Source: Candidatus Daviesbacteria bacterium
GTDB lineage: Bacteria; Patescibacteriota; Microgenomatia; Daviesbacterales; UBA10151
Assembly (NCBI GenBank): GCA_016186955.1
Contig: JACPKP010000004.1
Span: 5,942-69,941 of the forward strand
Reading direction: 5' to 3'
DNA: 64,000 nucleotides
Below the pieces are notes generated by a model that searched no databases, was not told where the DNA came from, and saw only the letters and a program-made list of their open reading frames with translations. Of the stretch, positions 28,292 through 39,000 are shown one piece after another (the first letter of the stretch is position 1; every line of letters begins with the position of its first letter). Both the position numbers and the translations under genes were made by a program.

Positions 28292-30106
28292 ATGGGTGAG
28301 GGTAAATTTTCCAACCGGCAGGTTGTCAAACTGCTCAGGTCTGTTGCGGCAGCGCTGACTCTTAAAAAAACTAACCCATTTCAAATCAGGGCTTATGAAA
28401 ATGCAGCAGATTCAATTGAACACCTTGACAGTGAAATTAAGGATGTTTGGGAAGAAGGCAAGATTGACGGTGTTCCCGGTATTGGCAAGAACCTGCAGGA
28501 ACATTTAAGTGAGCTTTTTAAAACAGGGGTAGTTAAACATTTTGAGTCACTTATGCGTGGAGTAAACCCGGTAATCTTTGACCTTTTGGATATCCCCGGC
28601 ATTGGGCCTAAAACAGCCCAGGAACTGGCTGAATTGGGCATTAAGGACTTAAACCATCTTAAGAGTGAAATCAAAAGCGGAGAGATCATAAAAAAGGGTT
28701 TTTCCGGAAAGATAGCTGAAAAAATTATGTCCGGCCTTGAGGAGTTGTCAGGCAGGGGCGGAAGGATGCTTTTGCCTTATGCTTCAGCCCAAGCGCAAAG
28801 GATTTTGGCGTACCTGCAAAAAAGCCCTTTGGTTTTGAAGGCAGATCCATTGGGTAGTTTAAGAAGGCAGGTTGCTACAATTGGCGATTTAGATTTCTCG
28901 GTAAGTGCCAAAAGCAGCAAAGAAGTTGTGGATTATTTTATCAAAATGCCTGGGGTGAGTCGAATCATAGATCATGGGACAAATAAGGCTTCTGTGGTTT
29001 TAAATTCAGGTTTGCAGGCTGATTTGTTGGTAGGGGAACCTGGAAGCTATGGGGCTCTACTGCAGCATTTTACAGGTAGTAAAAACCACAATATACATTT
29101 GAGAAGTATTGCAAATACAAAAGGATATTCTTTGAGTGAGTATGGGCTAAAAAAAGTCAAAAGTCAAAAGTCAAAAGTCAAAAATGGGGAAGTTTTGCCT
29201 TGCAAAACTGAAGATGATTTGTATGGGATACTTGGGATGGAGGTGCCGCCTCCTGAGATTAGGGAAGATACAGGGGAGATTGAAGCAGCCATCGCCCAAA
29301 AACTGCCAAAGCTGGTTGGGTTTAAAGATATCAAAGGGGATTTGCATACCCATTCAAACTTTCCCATGGTTAGCCCTTCACATGGGCCAGGTGCAAATTC
29401 CATAGATGAGATTATAACCAAAGCAAGAGCGTTAGGATATGGATATATTGGCATTTCAGACCACCCGCCAGGTTTCAGAACTACTACCAAGGATCAAATT
29501 GTTAAAATTCTGGAAAAGAGGACAAAAGTTATCCAAAATCTTAAAAAGAGCCTGCCTGCCGACCTGCCTGACGGCAGTCAGGGCAGGCAGGGTACAAAAA
29601 GTATCCGGGTACTTAATGGCCTCGAAGTTGATATTTTGGGTGACGGAAGTTTAAGCGTTCCTGATGAGATTTTAAAAACCCTAGATTACTGCATTGCCGG
29701 AATCCACTCGGGACACAGGGGTACTAAAGAGCAAATTACCAAAAGACTTGTGAAAGCCCTGGGAAATCCTTATGTGGATATAATTTCCCATCCTACGAAC
29801 AGGCTTTTAAACGAAAGAGAATCATCAGAAGCGGATTGGGAGGAGATTTTTAAGCTTTGTGCTAAAAATCAAAAAATTCTTGAGGTTAATGCTTACCCAA
29901 ACCGGTTGGATTTACGTGATGATTTGGTCAGGCAGGCTTTAAGTTTTGGGTGTAAGTTCATCATCGATACGGATGCCCATGAGGTTGCCCAGATGGAAAA
30001 TATGAAGTTTGGAGTTTCAGTTGCCAGACGTGGATGGGCAGAAGGGAAAGATATTATAAATTCTTGGGACTGGACAAAATTTGCAAAATGGTTTAAAATT
30101 AATTAA
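28292..30106 (+). CDS. polX: DNA polymerase X / PHP domain protein
   Basis: [33 protein letters not shown]. Confidence 0.93.
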   Translation: MGEGKFSNRQVVKLLRSVAAALTLKKTNPFQIRAYENAADSIEHLDSEIKDVWEEGKIDGVPGIGKNLQEHLSELFKTGVVKHFESLMRGVNPVIFDLLDIPGIGPKTAQELAELGIKDLNHLKSEIKSGEIIKKGFSGKIAEKIMSGLEELSGRGGRMLLPYASAQAQRILAYLQKSPLVLKADPLGSLRRQVATIGDLDFSVSAKSSKEVVDYFIKMPGVSRIIDHGTNKASVVLNSGLQADLLVGEPGSYGALLQHFTGSKNHNIHLRSIANTKGYSLSEYGLKKVKSQKSKVKNGEVLPCKTEDDLYGILGMEVPPPEIREDTGEIEAAIAQKLPKLVGFKDIKGDLHTHSNFPMVSPSHGPGANSIDEIITKARALGYGYIGISDHPPGFRTTTKDQIVKILEKRTKVIQNLKKSLPADLPDGSQGRQGTKSIRVLNGLEVDILGDGSLSVPDEILKTLDYCIAGIHSGHRGTKEQITKRLVKALGNPYVDIISHPTNRLLNERESSEADWEEIFKLCAKNQKILEVNAYPNRLDLRDDLVRQALSFGCKFIIDTDAHEVAQMENMKFGVSVARRGWAEGKDIINSWDWTKFAKWFKIN

Positions 30107-30117
30107 GGTTTAAGTAT

Positions 30118-30669
30118 ATGGATCCGATATTTATTATTCTTGGAGCAGTAGCCGTAGCAGGATTTTGGCTATTGATGACTTATAACAGCTTAGTGACTCT
30201 CCGTAACAGAGTAAGAGAGGCATGGAGCCAGATTGATGTGCAGCTTAAGAGACGCTCATCTTTGATCCCCAATTTAGTTGAAGCTGTAAAAGGCTATGCA
30301 AAACATGAGAAGTCTGTTTTTGAGGAAGTGACCAAGGCTAGAAGCGCCATGGTTGGGGCAACCACCAAAGGGGAAAAAGCAGTAGCAAATGATATGTTAA
30401 CAGGGGCTTTAAAATCCCTTTTTGCTGTTGCTGAGGCTTACCCTGACCTAAAAGCTTCGGAGAACTTTAAACAGTTACAGGAAGAGCTCTCTGATACTGA
30501 AACTAAGGTGGCAGCTTCCAGGCAATTTTATAACACCAATGTTTTGGATCTGAACAACTCTTTGGAGATGTTCCCTTCATCTTTGATCGGATCCATGTTT
30601 GGTTTTACCAAAGAGGAATTCTTCAAAGCCTCTGAAGAAGAAAAAAAAGACGTGGAAGTGAAAATTTAA
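30118..30669 (+). CDS. lemA: LemA family protein
   Basis: [30 protein letters not shown]. Confidence 0.95.
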   Translation: MDPIFIILGAVAVAGFWLLMTYNSLVTLRNRVREAWSQIDVQLKRRSSLIPNLVEAVKGYAKHEKSVFEEVTKARSAMVGATTKGEKAVANDMLTGALKSLFAVAEAYPDLKASENFKQLQEELSDTETKVAASRQFYNTNVLDLNNSLEMFPSSLIGSMFGFTKEEFFKASEEEKKDVEVKI

Positions 30670-30672
30670 AAT

Positions 30673-30879
30673 ATGAATCAAGAAAACAAAGGGAAAATTG
30701 ATCCGTTATTCAGCCCTAATCCTGATCCTGATCTTCATGTGGAAATTATAGCTGTGGAACCTGTTTCTGTAGTCCCGATGAGTCGGGATCAGTTCCGTGA
30801 AGCCAATAGAGGTTATTTTGAGATTTTAGCCAAATACATGGGAAGGGAAAGAGCGGAAAAAGCCTGGAAGCTCATTTAG
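30673..30879 (+). CDS. Hypothetical protein
   Basis: 68-aa ORF directly after lemA. Confidence 0.4.
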   Translation: MNQENKGKIDPLFSPNPDPDLHVEIIAVEPVSVVPMSRDQFREANRGYFEILAKYMGRERAEKAWKLI

Positions 30880-31067
30880 ACCGGCTTGAAGCGGAAAAAC
30901 CAACTACCGATAGAATCCACCCCGTTGTTACTATAATAACCTGATGAAAGAACAAAAATCAGGCAACCCTATTTAAAAAACACATCTACTGAACATTTTG
31001 TGCTAAAATACTTCTGATATGGCTACTGTGAATACTGCAAGGGAGTAGGATATGATATAATCATGTC

Positions 31068-31328
31068 ATGTCAAGACCCAAACAAGAGCTACAATTTAAG
31101 ATATTAATCGAACAGGATGAAGATGGGATTTATGTGGCTTCTGTACCAGAACTTCCTGGTTGTTATACCCAAGGAAAAACTTTAGAACAGGTTAGGAATC
31201 GGATTAAAGAAGCGATAGAACTGGTTCTAGAATCTGATCAGGAAATAAAAAAAGAAAAGTTACAATCTCCGAAACCAGCTTCTAATTTTTTTGGGATAGA
31301 AGAGATAACTGTCAGCAGTTATGCCTAA
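31068..31328 (+). CDS. hicB: HicB-family antitoxin
   Basis: EQDEDGIYVASVPELPGCYTQGKT. Confidence 0.9.
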   Translation: MSRPKQELQFKILIEQDEDGIYVASVPELPGCYTQGKTLEQVRNRIKEAIELVLESDQEIKKEKLQSPKPASNFFGIEEITVSSYA

Positions 31329-31542
31329 ATTATCTCCAATTAATGCCAAAGAGTTAATTAAAATCCTACAGAAAAAAGGATTTGAGGTTATTCATCAAAA
31401 AGGAAGTCATGTCAGACTTAGATATCCAGATGGCAGAAAAACAACAGTGCCTATGCATGCCGGGGAAAAAATTGGAGTAGGATTGTTGAGGAAAATCTTA
31501 AGGGACGTGAATATCTCAAGAAGTGAGTTTGAAAAGAGATAA
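31321..31542 (+). CDS. hicA: HicA-family mRNA interferase toxin
   Basis: GFEVIHQKGSHVRL..TTVPMH. Confidence 0.9.
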   Translation: MPKLSPINAKELIKILQKKGFEVIHQKGSHVRLRYPDGRKTTVPMHAGEKIGVGLLRKILRDVNISRSEFEKR

Positions 31543-31630
31543 ATTAAGTTTTGAATGACAGAACAAAAATCAGGCAACCCTATTTAAAAAACACATCTAC
31601 TGAGCATTTTGTGGTAAAATTTACCATAAT

Positions 31631-32581
31631 ATGGCAACTATAAATACTGCTTGGGATCAGGTTTCTTCAAATACATTAAAAACCTGGGCTATCATGATTT
31701 TATTTACCATCTTTGCTGTGGGGGTGGTTTATGTGATTACAACAGCCTGGCTTGGGCCTGATGTTGACGGCTTGGGGATAGTGGGGATGGCATTTATTGT
31801 GGCAGGGGTGATGAATTTTGTGTCATATTTTTGGTCTGACAAAATTGTGCTGGGAATCTCCGGAGCAAAGCCTGTGGATGAGAAATCAAACAAACAGTTA
31901 TACCATCTGGTGGAAAATTTATGCATTGCTGCAGGATTACCTACCCCTAAAATTTATACCCTTGAAGACAGCGCCCCGAACGCCTTTGCAACCGGAAGGG
32001 ATCCAAAACACGCAGCAATCTGTTTTACAACAGGAATCCTGCAAAAACTTAACAAACAAGAGTTGGAGGGTGTGACAGCCCACGAGCTTTCCCATGTCGG
32101 CAATAGGGATACACTTTTGTTGAGCGTTGTCTCTGTTTTAGTGGGTACAATCGCTCTTTTATCCGACTGGTTTTTAAGGTCGCTTTGGTTTGGCGGCGGC
32201 AACCGTGATAATGACAATAAAGGCAGCGCTATTTTTATGGTCCTGGCGCTTGTTGCGGCAATTTTAGCCCCGATTGTGGCAACTTTAATCCAGCTGGCAG
32301 TTTCCAGAAGAAGGGAGTTTTTAGCAGATGCATCAGGGGTGCTTTTAACCCGCTACCCTGAGGGGCTTGCAAGCGCATTGCTGAAAATCTCCTCAGATAA
32401 AGAACCCTTGGAGGCAGCGAACAGAGGTACAGCTCATCTGTACATAGTTAATCCCTTAAAAGGCCTGCCTGCCGGCAGGCAGGGCCATGATGCAGTAGGT
32501 TTTTTGGCAGGGCTTTTCAACACCCACCCCCCAATCCAGGCTAGAATAAAGGCTTTGCAGGAGATGGAAGGCAAAATTTAG
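31631..32581 (+). CDS. htpX: Zinc metalloprotease HtpX (M48)
   Basis: PNAFATG, AHELSH, SRRREFLAD, THPP. Confidence 0.95.
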   Translation: MATINTAWDQVSSNTLKTWAIMILFTIFAVGVVYVITTAWLGPDVDGLGIVGMAFIVAGVMNFVSYFWSDKIVLGISGAKPVDEKSNKQLYHLVENLCIAAGLPTPKIYTLEDSAPNAFATGRDPKHAAICFTTGILQKLNKQELEGVTAHELSHVGNRDTLLLSVVSVLVGTIALLSDWFLRSLWFGGGNRDNDNKGSAIFMVLALVAAILAPIVATLIQLAVSRRREFLADASGVLLTRYPEGLASALLKISSDKEPLEAANRGTAHLYIVNPLKGLPAGRQGHDAVGFLAGLFNTHPPIQARIKALQEMEGKI

Positions 32582-32583
32582 GC

Positions 32584-32877
32584 ATGCAGTTAACTTCTGA
32601 CCAGGTTAAAAAAGTAGCAAAACTGGCAAACCTGCCTTTGTCTGAAGATGAAGAAGAAAAATATGCCGGGCAACTCTCTGTAGTTTTGGAATACATCAAT
32701 CAGCTAAATAAAGTTGATACAAAGGGAGTTGAACCCACCTATAATGTTTCGGGAAATGAAAATGCCCTGAGGAGTGATGAAGCTGAAAGTTGTTTAACTC
32801 AAGCAGATGCTTTATTAAATGGGTCAAATATAACGAATGGTTTTTTTGTCACAAAAGGAGTTTTTAAGGAAGAATAA
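32584..32877 (+). CDS. gatC: Asp/Glu-tRNA amidotransferase subunit C
   Basis: VAKLANL..VDTKGVEPT..LRSDE; upstream of gatA. Confidence 0.92.
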   Translation: MQLTSDQVKKVAKLANLPLSEDEEEKYAGQLSVVLEYINQLNKVDTKGVEPTYNVSGNENALRSDEAESCLTQADALLNGSNITNGFFVTKGVFKEE

Positions 32878-34277
32878 TGGCTGATATTCAATCGTTAACA
32901 TTAACTGAAACAATGCAAGCTCTTGAGAGAAAAGAATTTTCTGAGGGAGAGCTTAACTTGACATATCAAAAAAGGATAGCTAAGTTAAATGACAAACTAA
33001 ATGTTTACCTAGATATACAGGTGACTAAAACAGGGATTCCTGCAGCTATTAAGGATTTAATTTCTACAAAAGGGATTAGGACTTCTGCTGGATCAAAGAT
33101 TATAGAAAATTACAAACCTCCATATAATGCCACAGTGATAAATAAGCTGATCGCAAATGGAGTGTCACTGATTGGCAAAACTAACCAGGATGAGTTTGCC
33201 ATGGGTTCTTCAGGGGAAAATTCTGCATATAGAGTCACTAAAAACCCTTGGGATCTAACTAAAGTTCCGGGAGGTTCATCTTCAGGCTCGGCAGCAGCTG
33301 TGGCAGCGGATATGTGTGTTTTTTCTTTGGGGACAGATACCGGCGGATCTATCAGGCAGCCTGCGTCACTTTGTGGAGTGGTGGGGTTGAAGCCTTCTTA
33401 TGGCAGGGTTTCCAGATATGGCGCAATTGCCATGTCTTCATCATTGGATCAGATTGGACCAATTACTAAATCTGTGGAGGATGCTGCTAAAGTATTGGAA
33501 TGGATTTCGGGACCAGATGGATATGACTCAAATTGTTCAAATTTCAAATTTCAAAATAATACACCCGCTGCGCGAACAAATTTCAAATTTCAAATTGATC
33601 TGAAGGGTCTTAAAGTGGGAATCCCAAAGGAATATTTTGGTAAAGGGATTGATCCCGGAGTGGAACAAGTCATTAAAAAGGCTATTAAAAAGCTGGAAGA
33701 GTTGGGAGCAGAAATTGTAGAAATCTCCCTGCCTCATAGCGAGTATGCATTGGCAGTTTATTACATTATCATGCCGTCTGAGGTATCCTCAAATTTGGCC
33801 AGGTTTGATGGTATTAGATATGGTTTGACCAGGGACAAATTTGGCTCAGAACCTAAACGCAGGATTATGCTTGGGACTTATGCGCTGTCTTCCGGCTACT
33901 ATGAAGCTTATTTTAAAAAAGCTGCACAAGTCAGAACTTTAATAATTCAGGATTTTCAGAAAGCCTTTGGAAAAGTGGATGTTATCGTAGGGCCTGTTTC
34001 TCCAACTGTAGCCTGGGATTTAGGAAAAAAGACAGATGACCCGCTATCAATGTATCTATCGGATATTTACACAGTGCCTGCCAGTTTAGCAGGACTTTGT
34101 GGGTTGTCTGTGCCATGCGGTTTTTCTGAAGGTCTGCCTGTAGGATTGCACATATTAGGCAAGCAGTTTGATGAAGCCACTGTTTTTAAGGTTGGTTATG
34201 CTTATGAGCAGGCAACACAGTGGCATTTGAAAAAGCCCGAAATAGCACGGAGCTTAGAGGAGGGAGATAATGTATAG
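32877..34277 (+). CDS. gatA: Asp/Glu-tRNA amidotransferase subunit A
   Basis: GGSSSGSAAAV, GTDTGGSIRQPA, RRIMLGT. Confidence 0.96.
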   Translation: MADIQSLTLTETMQALERKEFSEGELNLTYQKRIAKLNDKLNVYLDIQVTKTGIPAAIKDLISTKGIRTSAGSKIIENYKPPYNATVINKLIANGVSLIGKTNQDEFAMGSSGENSAYRVTKNPWDLTKVPGGSSSGSAAAVAADMCVFSLGTDTGGSIRQPASLCGVVGLKPSYGRVSRYGAIAMSSSLDQIGPITKSVEDAAKVLEWISGPDGYDSNCSNFKFQNNTPAARTNFKFQIDLKGLKVGIPKEYFGKGIDPGVEQVIKKAIKKLEELGAEIVEISLPHSEYALAVYYIIMPSEVSSNLARFDGIRYGLTRDKFGSEPKRRIMLGTYALSSGYYEAYFKKAAQVRTLIIQDFQKAFGKVDVIVGPVSPTVAWDLGKKTDDPLSMYLSDIYTVPASLAGLCGLSVPCGFSEGLPVGLHILGKQFDEATVFKVGYAYEQATQWHLKKPEIARSLEEGDNV

Positions 34278-34674
34278 ATTTGAGAAGTTGGAAGTTTGGA
34301 AAATGGCTGTACAATATGCACTAGCAGTATACAAACTAACTAGGTTGTTTCCAAAAGAAGAGCTATTTGGTTTGACTTCACAACTTAAACGAGCTGTTAT
34401 ATCAATATCTAGTAATATAGCTGAGGGTTCCGGAAGTGCAACAATAAGAGACTTTTGTAACTTCTTAGATATTGCTATTAAATCGACACTTGAGACCGTT
34501 TCTCAGCTAATCCTTGCGAAGGAATTAGTTTACATAAACGAAAAAGATTTTAATAAATTGTATGAAGATTCAGAAATATTAGTTAAAAGAATAAGGACTT
34601 TAAAAGCTTATCTTAAAAAACCCCGTGCTCCGCGCCCCAACCACCAACCATTTCAGGAGGGTTACAATGTCTAA
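34270..34674 (+). CDS. Four-helix bundle protein (23S rRNA IVP-like)
   Basis: [34 protein letters not shown]. Confidence 0.9.
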   Translation: MYRFEKLEVWKMAVQYALAVYKLTRLFPKEELFGLTSQLKRAVISISSNIAEGSGSATIRDFCNFLDIAIKSTLETVSQLILAKELVYINEKDFNKLYEDSEILVKRIRTLKAYLKKPRAPRPNHQPFQEGYNV

Positions 34675-36021
34675 CTACCAGCCAGTGATAGGACTTGAGG
34701 TGCATGTTGAATTAAACACTAAAACCAAAATGTTTTGCAGGTGCAGTGCAGACTATTTTGGTAAAGAACCCAATTCACAAACCTGCCCTGTTTGTTTAGG
34801 GCTGCCCGGAGCTTTGCCGTATATAAACGAAGAGGCAATTAAAAAATGTATTCGAATTGGCCTGGCATTGGGATGCAAAATAAATCCAGTCAGCTACTTT
34901 GAGAGAAAAAATTATTTTTATCCGGATTTACCAAAAGGATATCAGATCTCCCAGTTAGTATTGCCGATTGCAGTAGGTGGTGAAATAGAGGTGGAAAATG
35001 ACAAGGGGGAGAAAACTAAAGTTAGAATTAACAGGGCTCATCAGGAGGAAGACACGGCCAAATTGACACATCAATTTGGAATTCAAAATTCAAAAGTAAA
35101 AATGAAGAGGCGAGGTCTCTGGTAGACTTTAATAGGTCTGGAGTGCCTTTGGTGGAAATAGTAACAGAGCCTGATTTTACAGATTCTTCCCAGATTAGAG
35201 ATTATGCAAAAAAACTTCAGGATATCTTCCGGGAGACTGGTGTTTCTAATGCTGATATGGAAAGAGGAGACATGCGTTTGGAAGCTAACGTCTCAGTCCG
35301 CCTTATCGGTCAACAAGAACTGCCCTCTTATAGAATAGAGCTTAAAAATATCAATTCCTTTAGATTCATGGTTGCGGCCGTAGAGTATGAAATAAAAAGA
35401 CAATCGGAAGCTTTAGAGAGGAGAGAAAAACTATTTCAAGAGACTAGAGGTTGGAATGAAGCTAAAAAGCAAACTTATTTGCAAAGATCCAAGGAAGAAG
35501 CCCATGACTATAGATATTTTCCAGATCCAGACCTTCCCAAATTAAGAATAAGGAGTGATTTAGTTGAAAAATTAAGAGAACAGGTAGAACAAAAACATCC
35601 TAAAAATAAGATAAAAAGATGGGAGTTGTTAGGGGTTCCGTATAATTCTGGGGCAACAATTATTAGGCAGGGAATGTCAAACTTTTTTGAAGAGGCTGTC
35701 AAAATAGGTGAATCTGAAGGAGTAGCTGCTCAAAAAATTGCAAATTACATTATAAACCAAAAAGTTGACCTGGTGGATTCTTCGCCAAAACAGGTGGTGG
35801 ATGATGTCGCAGGAAAGAGTATGGGGGTAATCGGTGATACCGGGGAGTTGGAAAAATTGGCAAATGAGGCGATATCGGAAAACCCAAAAATTGTAGAGGA
35901 TTACAAAAAAGGGAAAGAATCAGCAGTGCAGGCGCTAATCGGAGTAGTGATGAAGAAAACTTCAGGTAAGGCTGAGCCGTCTGTTACTAAGAAATGCTTA
36001 GAAAAAATGCTTAAAATCTAA
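34667..36021 (+). CDS. gatB: Asp/Glu-tRNA amidotransferase subunit B, with a frameshift at ~35080-35110
   Basis: [27 protein letters not shown]; [16 protein letters not shown] resumes in another frame; [10 protein letters not shown]. Confidence 0.9.
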
Positions 36022-36066
36022 ATCTCCTACTTGAAAAGCGCCTCTTGGATACTGGTAAAATGACAC

Positions 36067-39000
36067 ATGTCCAAGTTTGTCCATCTTCACACCCACACCG
36101 AATATTCGCTTTTGGACGGATTATCCAAAATTCCCCAACTGGTTAAATCAGCTAAGGATTTAGGCATGGAAGCCTTAGCCATCACCGACCATGGGGTTTT
36201 GTATGGGGCCATAGAATTTTATAAAACCTGCCAGTCGGCAGGTCTAAAACCAATAATAGGTTGCGAGCTTTATGTTGCCAAAAGGTCCTATAAAGATAAG
36301 GAAGGAAGGCTTGATTCAGAACCGTACCATCTGACAGTTCTTGCTAAAAATTTACAGGGATACAAAAATTTGATGAAACTGGTTTCTATATCCCATCTGG
36401 AAGGTTTTTATTACAGGCCCAGGGTTGATAAAAAACTCTTAGAGGAGTTTGGTGAGGGACTTATTGGCCTTTCAGGTTGCCCGGCAGGGGAATTTGTCAG
36501 AAGCCTGCCTGCCGGTCAGGCAGGTTTGGATGACCAAAAATTGGAGAAAGCCCGGGAAGTAGCCCAATTGTATTTGAGTATATTTGGTGAAGGAAATTTT
36601 TATTTTGAACTCCAGAACCATTTTTATAGTGAGCTTTTAAAAAACCCGGATCTTTTGGATATAGACAAGAGGGACCTGGAAAATATGGGCAAACTGCAGG
36701 AAATGACATGGAAGGCAGTCAGGGAATTGTCAAAAAAATTAAGTATCCCGATGGTTGCCACAAATGACTTGCACTATATCAAAAAGGAAGACGCTGAGGC
36801 GCAGGATTGCTTAGTTTGTATTCAGACGGGAAAATTCCTTACTGACACAAACAGGTTGAGGATGTTTAACACTCCGAACTTATATCTTAAATCAGCTGAT
36901 GAGATGGCAGAGGCATTTGGGGATATACCTGAAGCTTTAGAATCTACAGTCAAAATAGCAAACAGTTGTAATTTGGAAATTTCTTTGGGAAAAGCCAGGT
37001 TTCCCATATTCCAGGCGCCGGATCAAAAATCATCAGCTGATTATTTAAAAGAACTTACGTATCAGAAAGCGAAAGAAAAATTGGAATTGACGGATGAAAT
37101 TAAAGAAAGATTGGATTATGAGCTTGGTTTGATTGAACTGAAAAATTATGCAGATTATTTTTTAGTGGTTAGTGATTTTATAAACTGGGCGCACGAACGG
37201 GGGATTATTACCAACACCAGAGGTTCTGCTGCGGCATCGCTGGTTTTATACAGTTTAGGGGTGACAAATTTTAACCCTTTAGAGTATTTTCTGCCTTTTG
37301 ACAGGTTTTTAAATAAGGATAGGCCCACCCTACCTGATATTGATGCGGATTTGGCTGACGACAGGCGGGATGAAATTATCCAATATGTTTCGGATAAATA
37401 CGGTGAAGATAAAGTTGCCCATATTGTCACTTTTGGGACCATGATGGGGAGGGCAGCGATTCGGGATATCGGCAGGGTGATGGGTGTAGCTTATGGGGAG
37501 GTTGACAGGATTGCCAAACTGGTCCCCCCTCCCCACCAGGGGTTTCATAAACCCTTAAAGGATGCGGTAAGAGAAGTGCCTGAACTTGCAGACCTATACA
37601 AAAACGACCCTAAATATAAAAAATTATTGGATTTGGCTATCAAAGTGGAAGGTACGGTCAGGCATGCCTCTGTCCATGCTGCAGGGATAGTTATCTCCCC
37701 GGAACCGCTGACGGATTTCACCCCGCTTCAGCGGGAATCCAACGGGGATAAAGTTGTTACCCAATACGATATGTTTGCAGTGGAAGATGCGGGTCTTGTA
37801 AAAATGGATTTTTTAGGAATCAGGAATTTATCAATTTTGGGCAGGGCGGTCGAATTTGTGGAAGCAAATGGGGTAAAAATTGATTTGGATAATATCCCCC
37901 TTGATAATGAGCGCAGCTCCATCCATCCTTATTTACCGCCGGATGGATGTAAAAAAGCTTATGAGCTTTTAAAAAGAGGGGAAACAATGGGAATTTTCCA
38001 GCTCTCCAGCGCCGGTATGACTAAATATTTAATTGACCTTCAACCAAACAGCATCAGAGACCTGTCGGCAATGGTTGCACTCTACCGCCCGGGTCCTCTT
38101 AGCGCAATTCCGGATTATATCGCCAGAAAAAGAAACCCCAAACTGATTAAATATTTCGATCCCAGGATGGAGGAATACATGAAGGAATCACTGGGGCTTT
38201 TGGTTTACCAGGATGATGTTTTAAATACCGCTGTCAGGCTTGCCGGTTATTCATGGCAGGATGCGGATAAATTCAGGAAAGCGATGGGTAAAAAGATCCC
38301 CTCGGAGATGGCCAAACAAAAAGATAAGTTTGTTGAAGGTTGTGTAAAAAACGGGATGATTCAGTCTAAAGCAGAAGATTTATTTGAACTGATTGCCCCG
38401 TTCTCGGCCTATGGTTTTAATAAGGCTCATGCCGCATCTTATGCAATGATTGCTTACCAGACAGCCTATATGAAAGCAAATTACCCTGTTGAATTTATGG
38501 CAGCGGTTATGACTGCCGAATATGGGGATTCTGATAAGATTGCTGAGGCTATTGAAGAATGCAAGAGGATGGGTATAGTGGTACTGCCTCCTGATATTAA
38601 TTTTTCCAAGGTGGGTTTTACCCTGGAAAAACTCAGGGGTTTGAAAGAGCAGGATTTGGAGAGGCAGTTGACTGAAGGGGGTAAGGAAAAAGAAGGGATC
38701 CGTTTTGGGCTTTCCGCCATTAAAAATGTCGGGCTGTTGGCTATAGAATCCATACTCAAAACCAGGGATGAAAAGCCTTTTGAGAGCCTTTTTGACCTTT
38801 GTTTGAGGGTAGATACCAGGTTGGTAAACAGAAAAACATTGGAGAGTGTAATAAAAGCAGGGGCTTTGGACTCATTCGGTTCAAGGGCTGCCCAACTTTT
38901 GGCGCTCGATCAATGTTTGGAAGAAGCGCATAAAAGCTCTAAAGCTAAAATTTCCGGCCAAACCTCCCTGTTTGACAGTGAAGAGCTTGGAGCCGGGTCA

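Larger units (their letters stand above)
30949..31656 (+). repeat. ~96-bp imperfect direct repeat (30949-31044, 31560-31656) flanking hicBA
   Basis: AGAACAAAAATCAGGCAACCCTATTTAAAAAACACATCTACTGA identical in both; includes the htpX start. Confidence 0.9.

Noticed and set aside
34270-34674. Avd of a diversity-generating retroelement
   Set aside because: The fold family is related, but no reverse transcriptase or TR/VR pair is visible.
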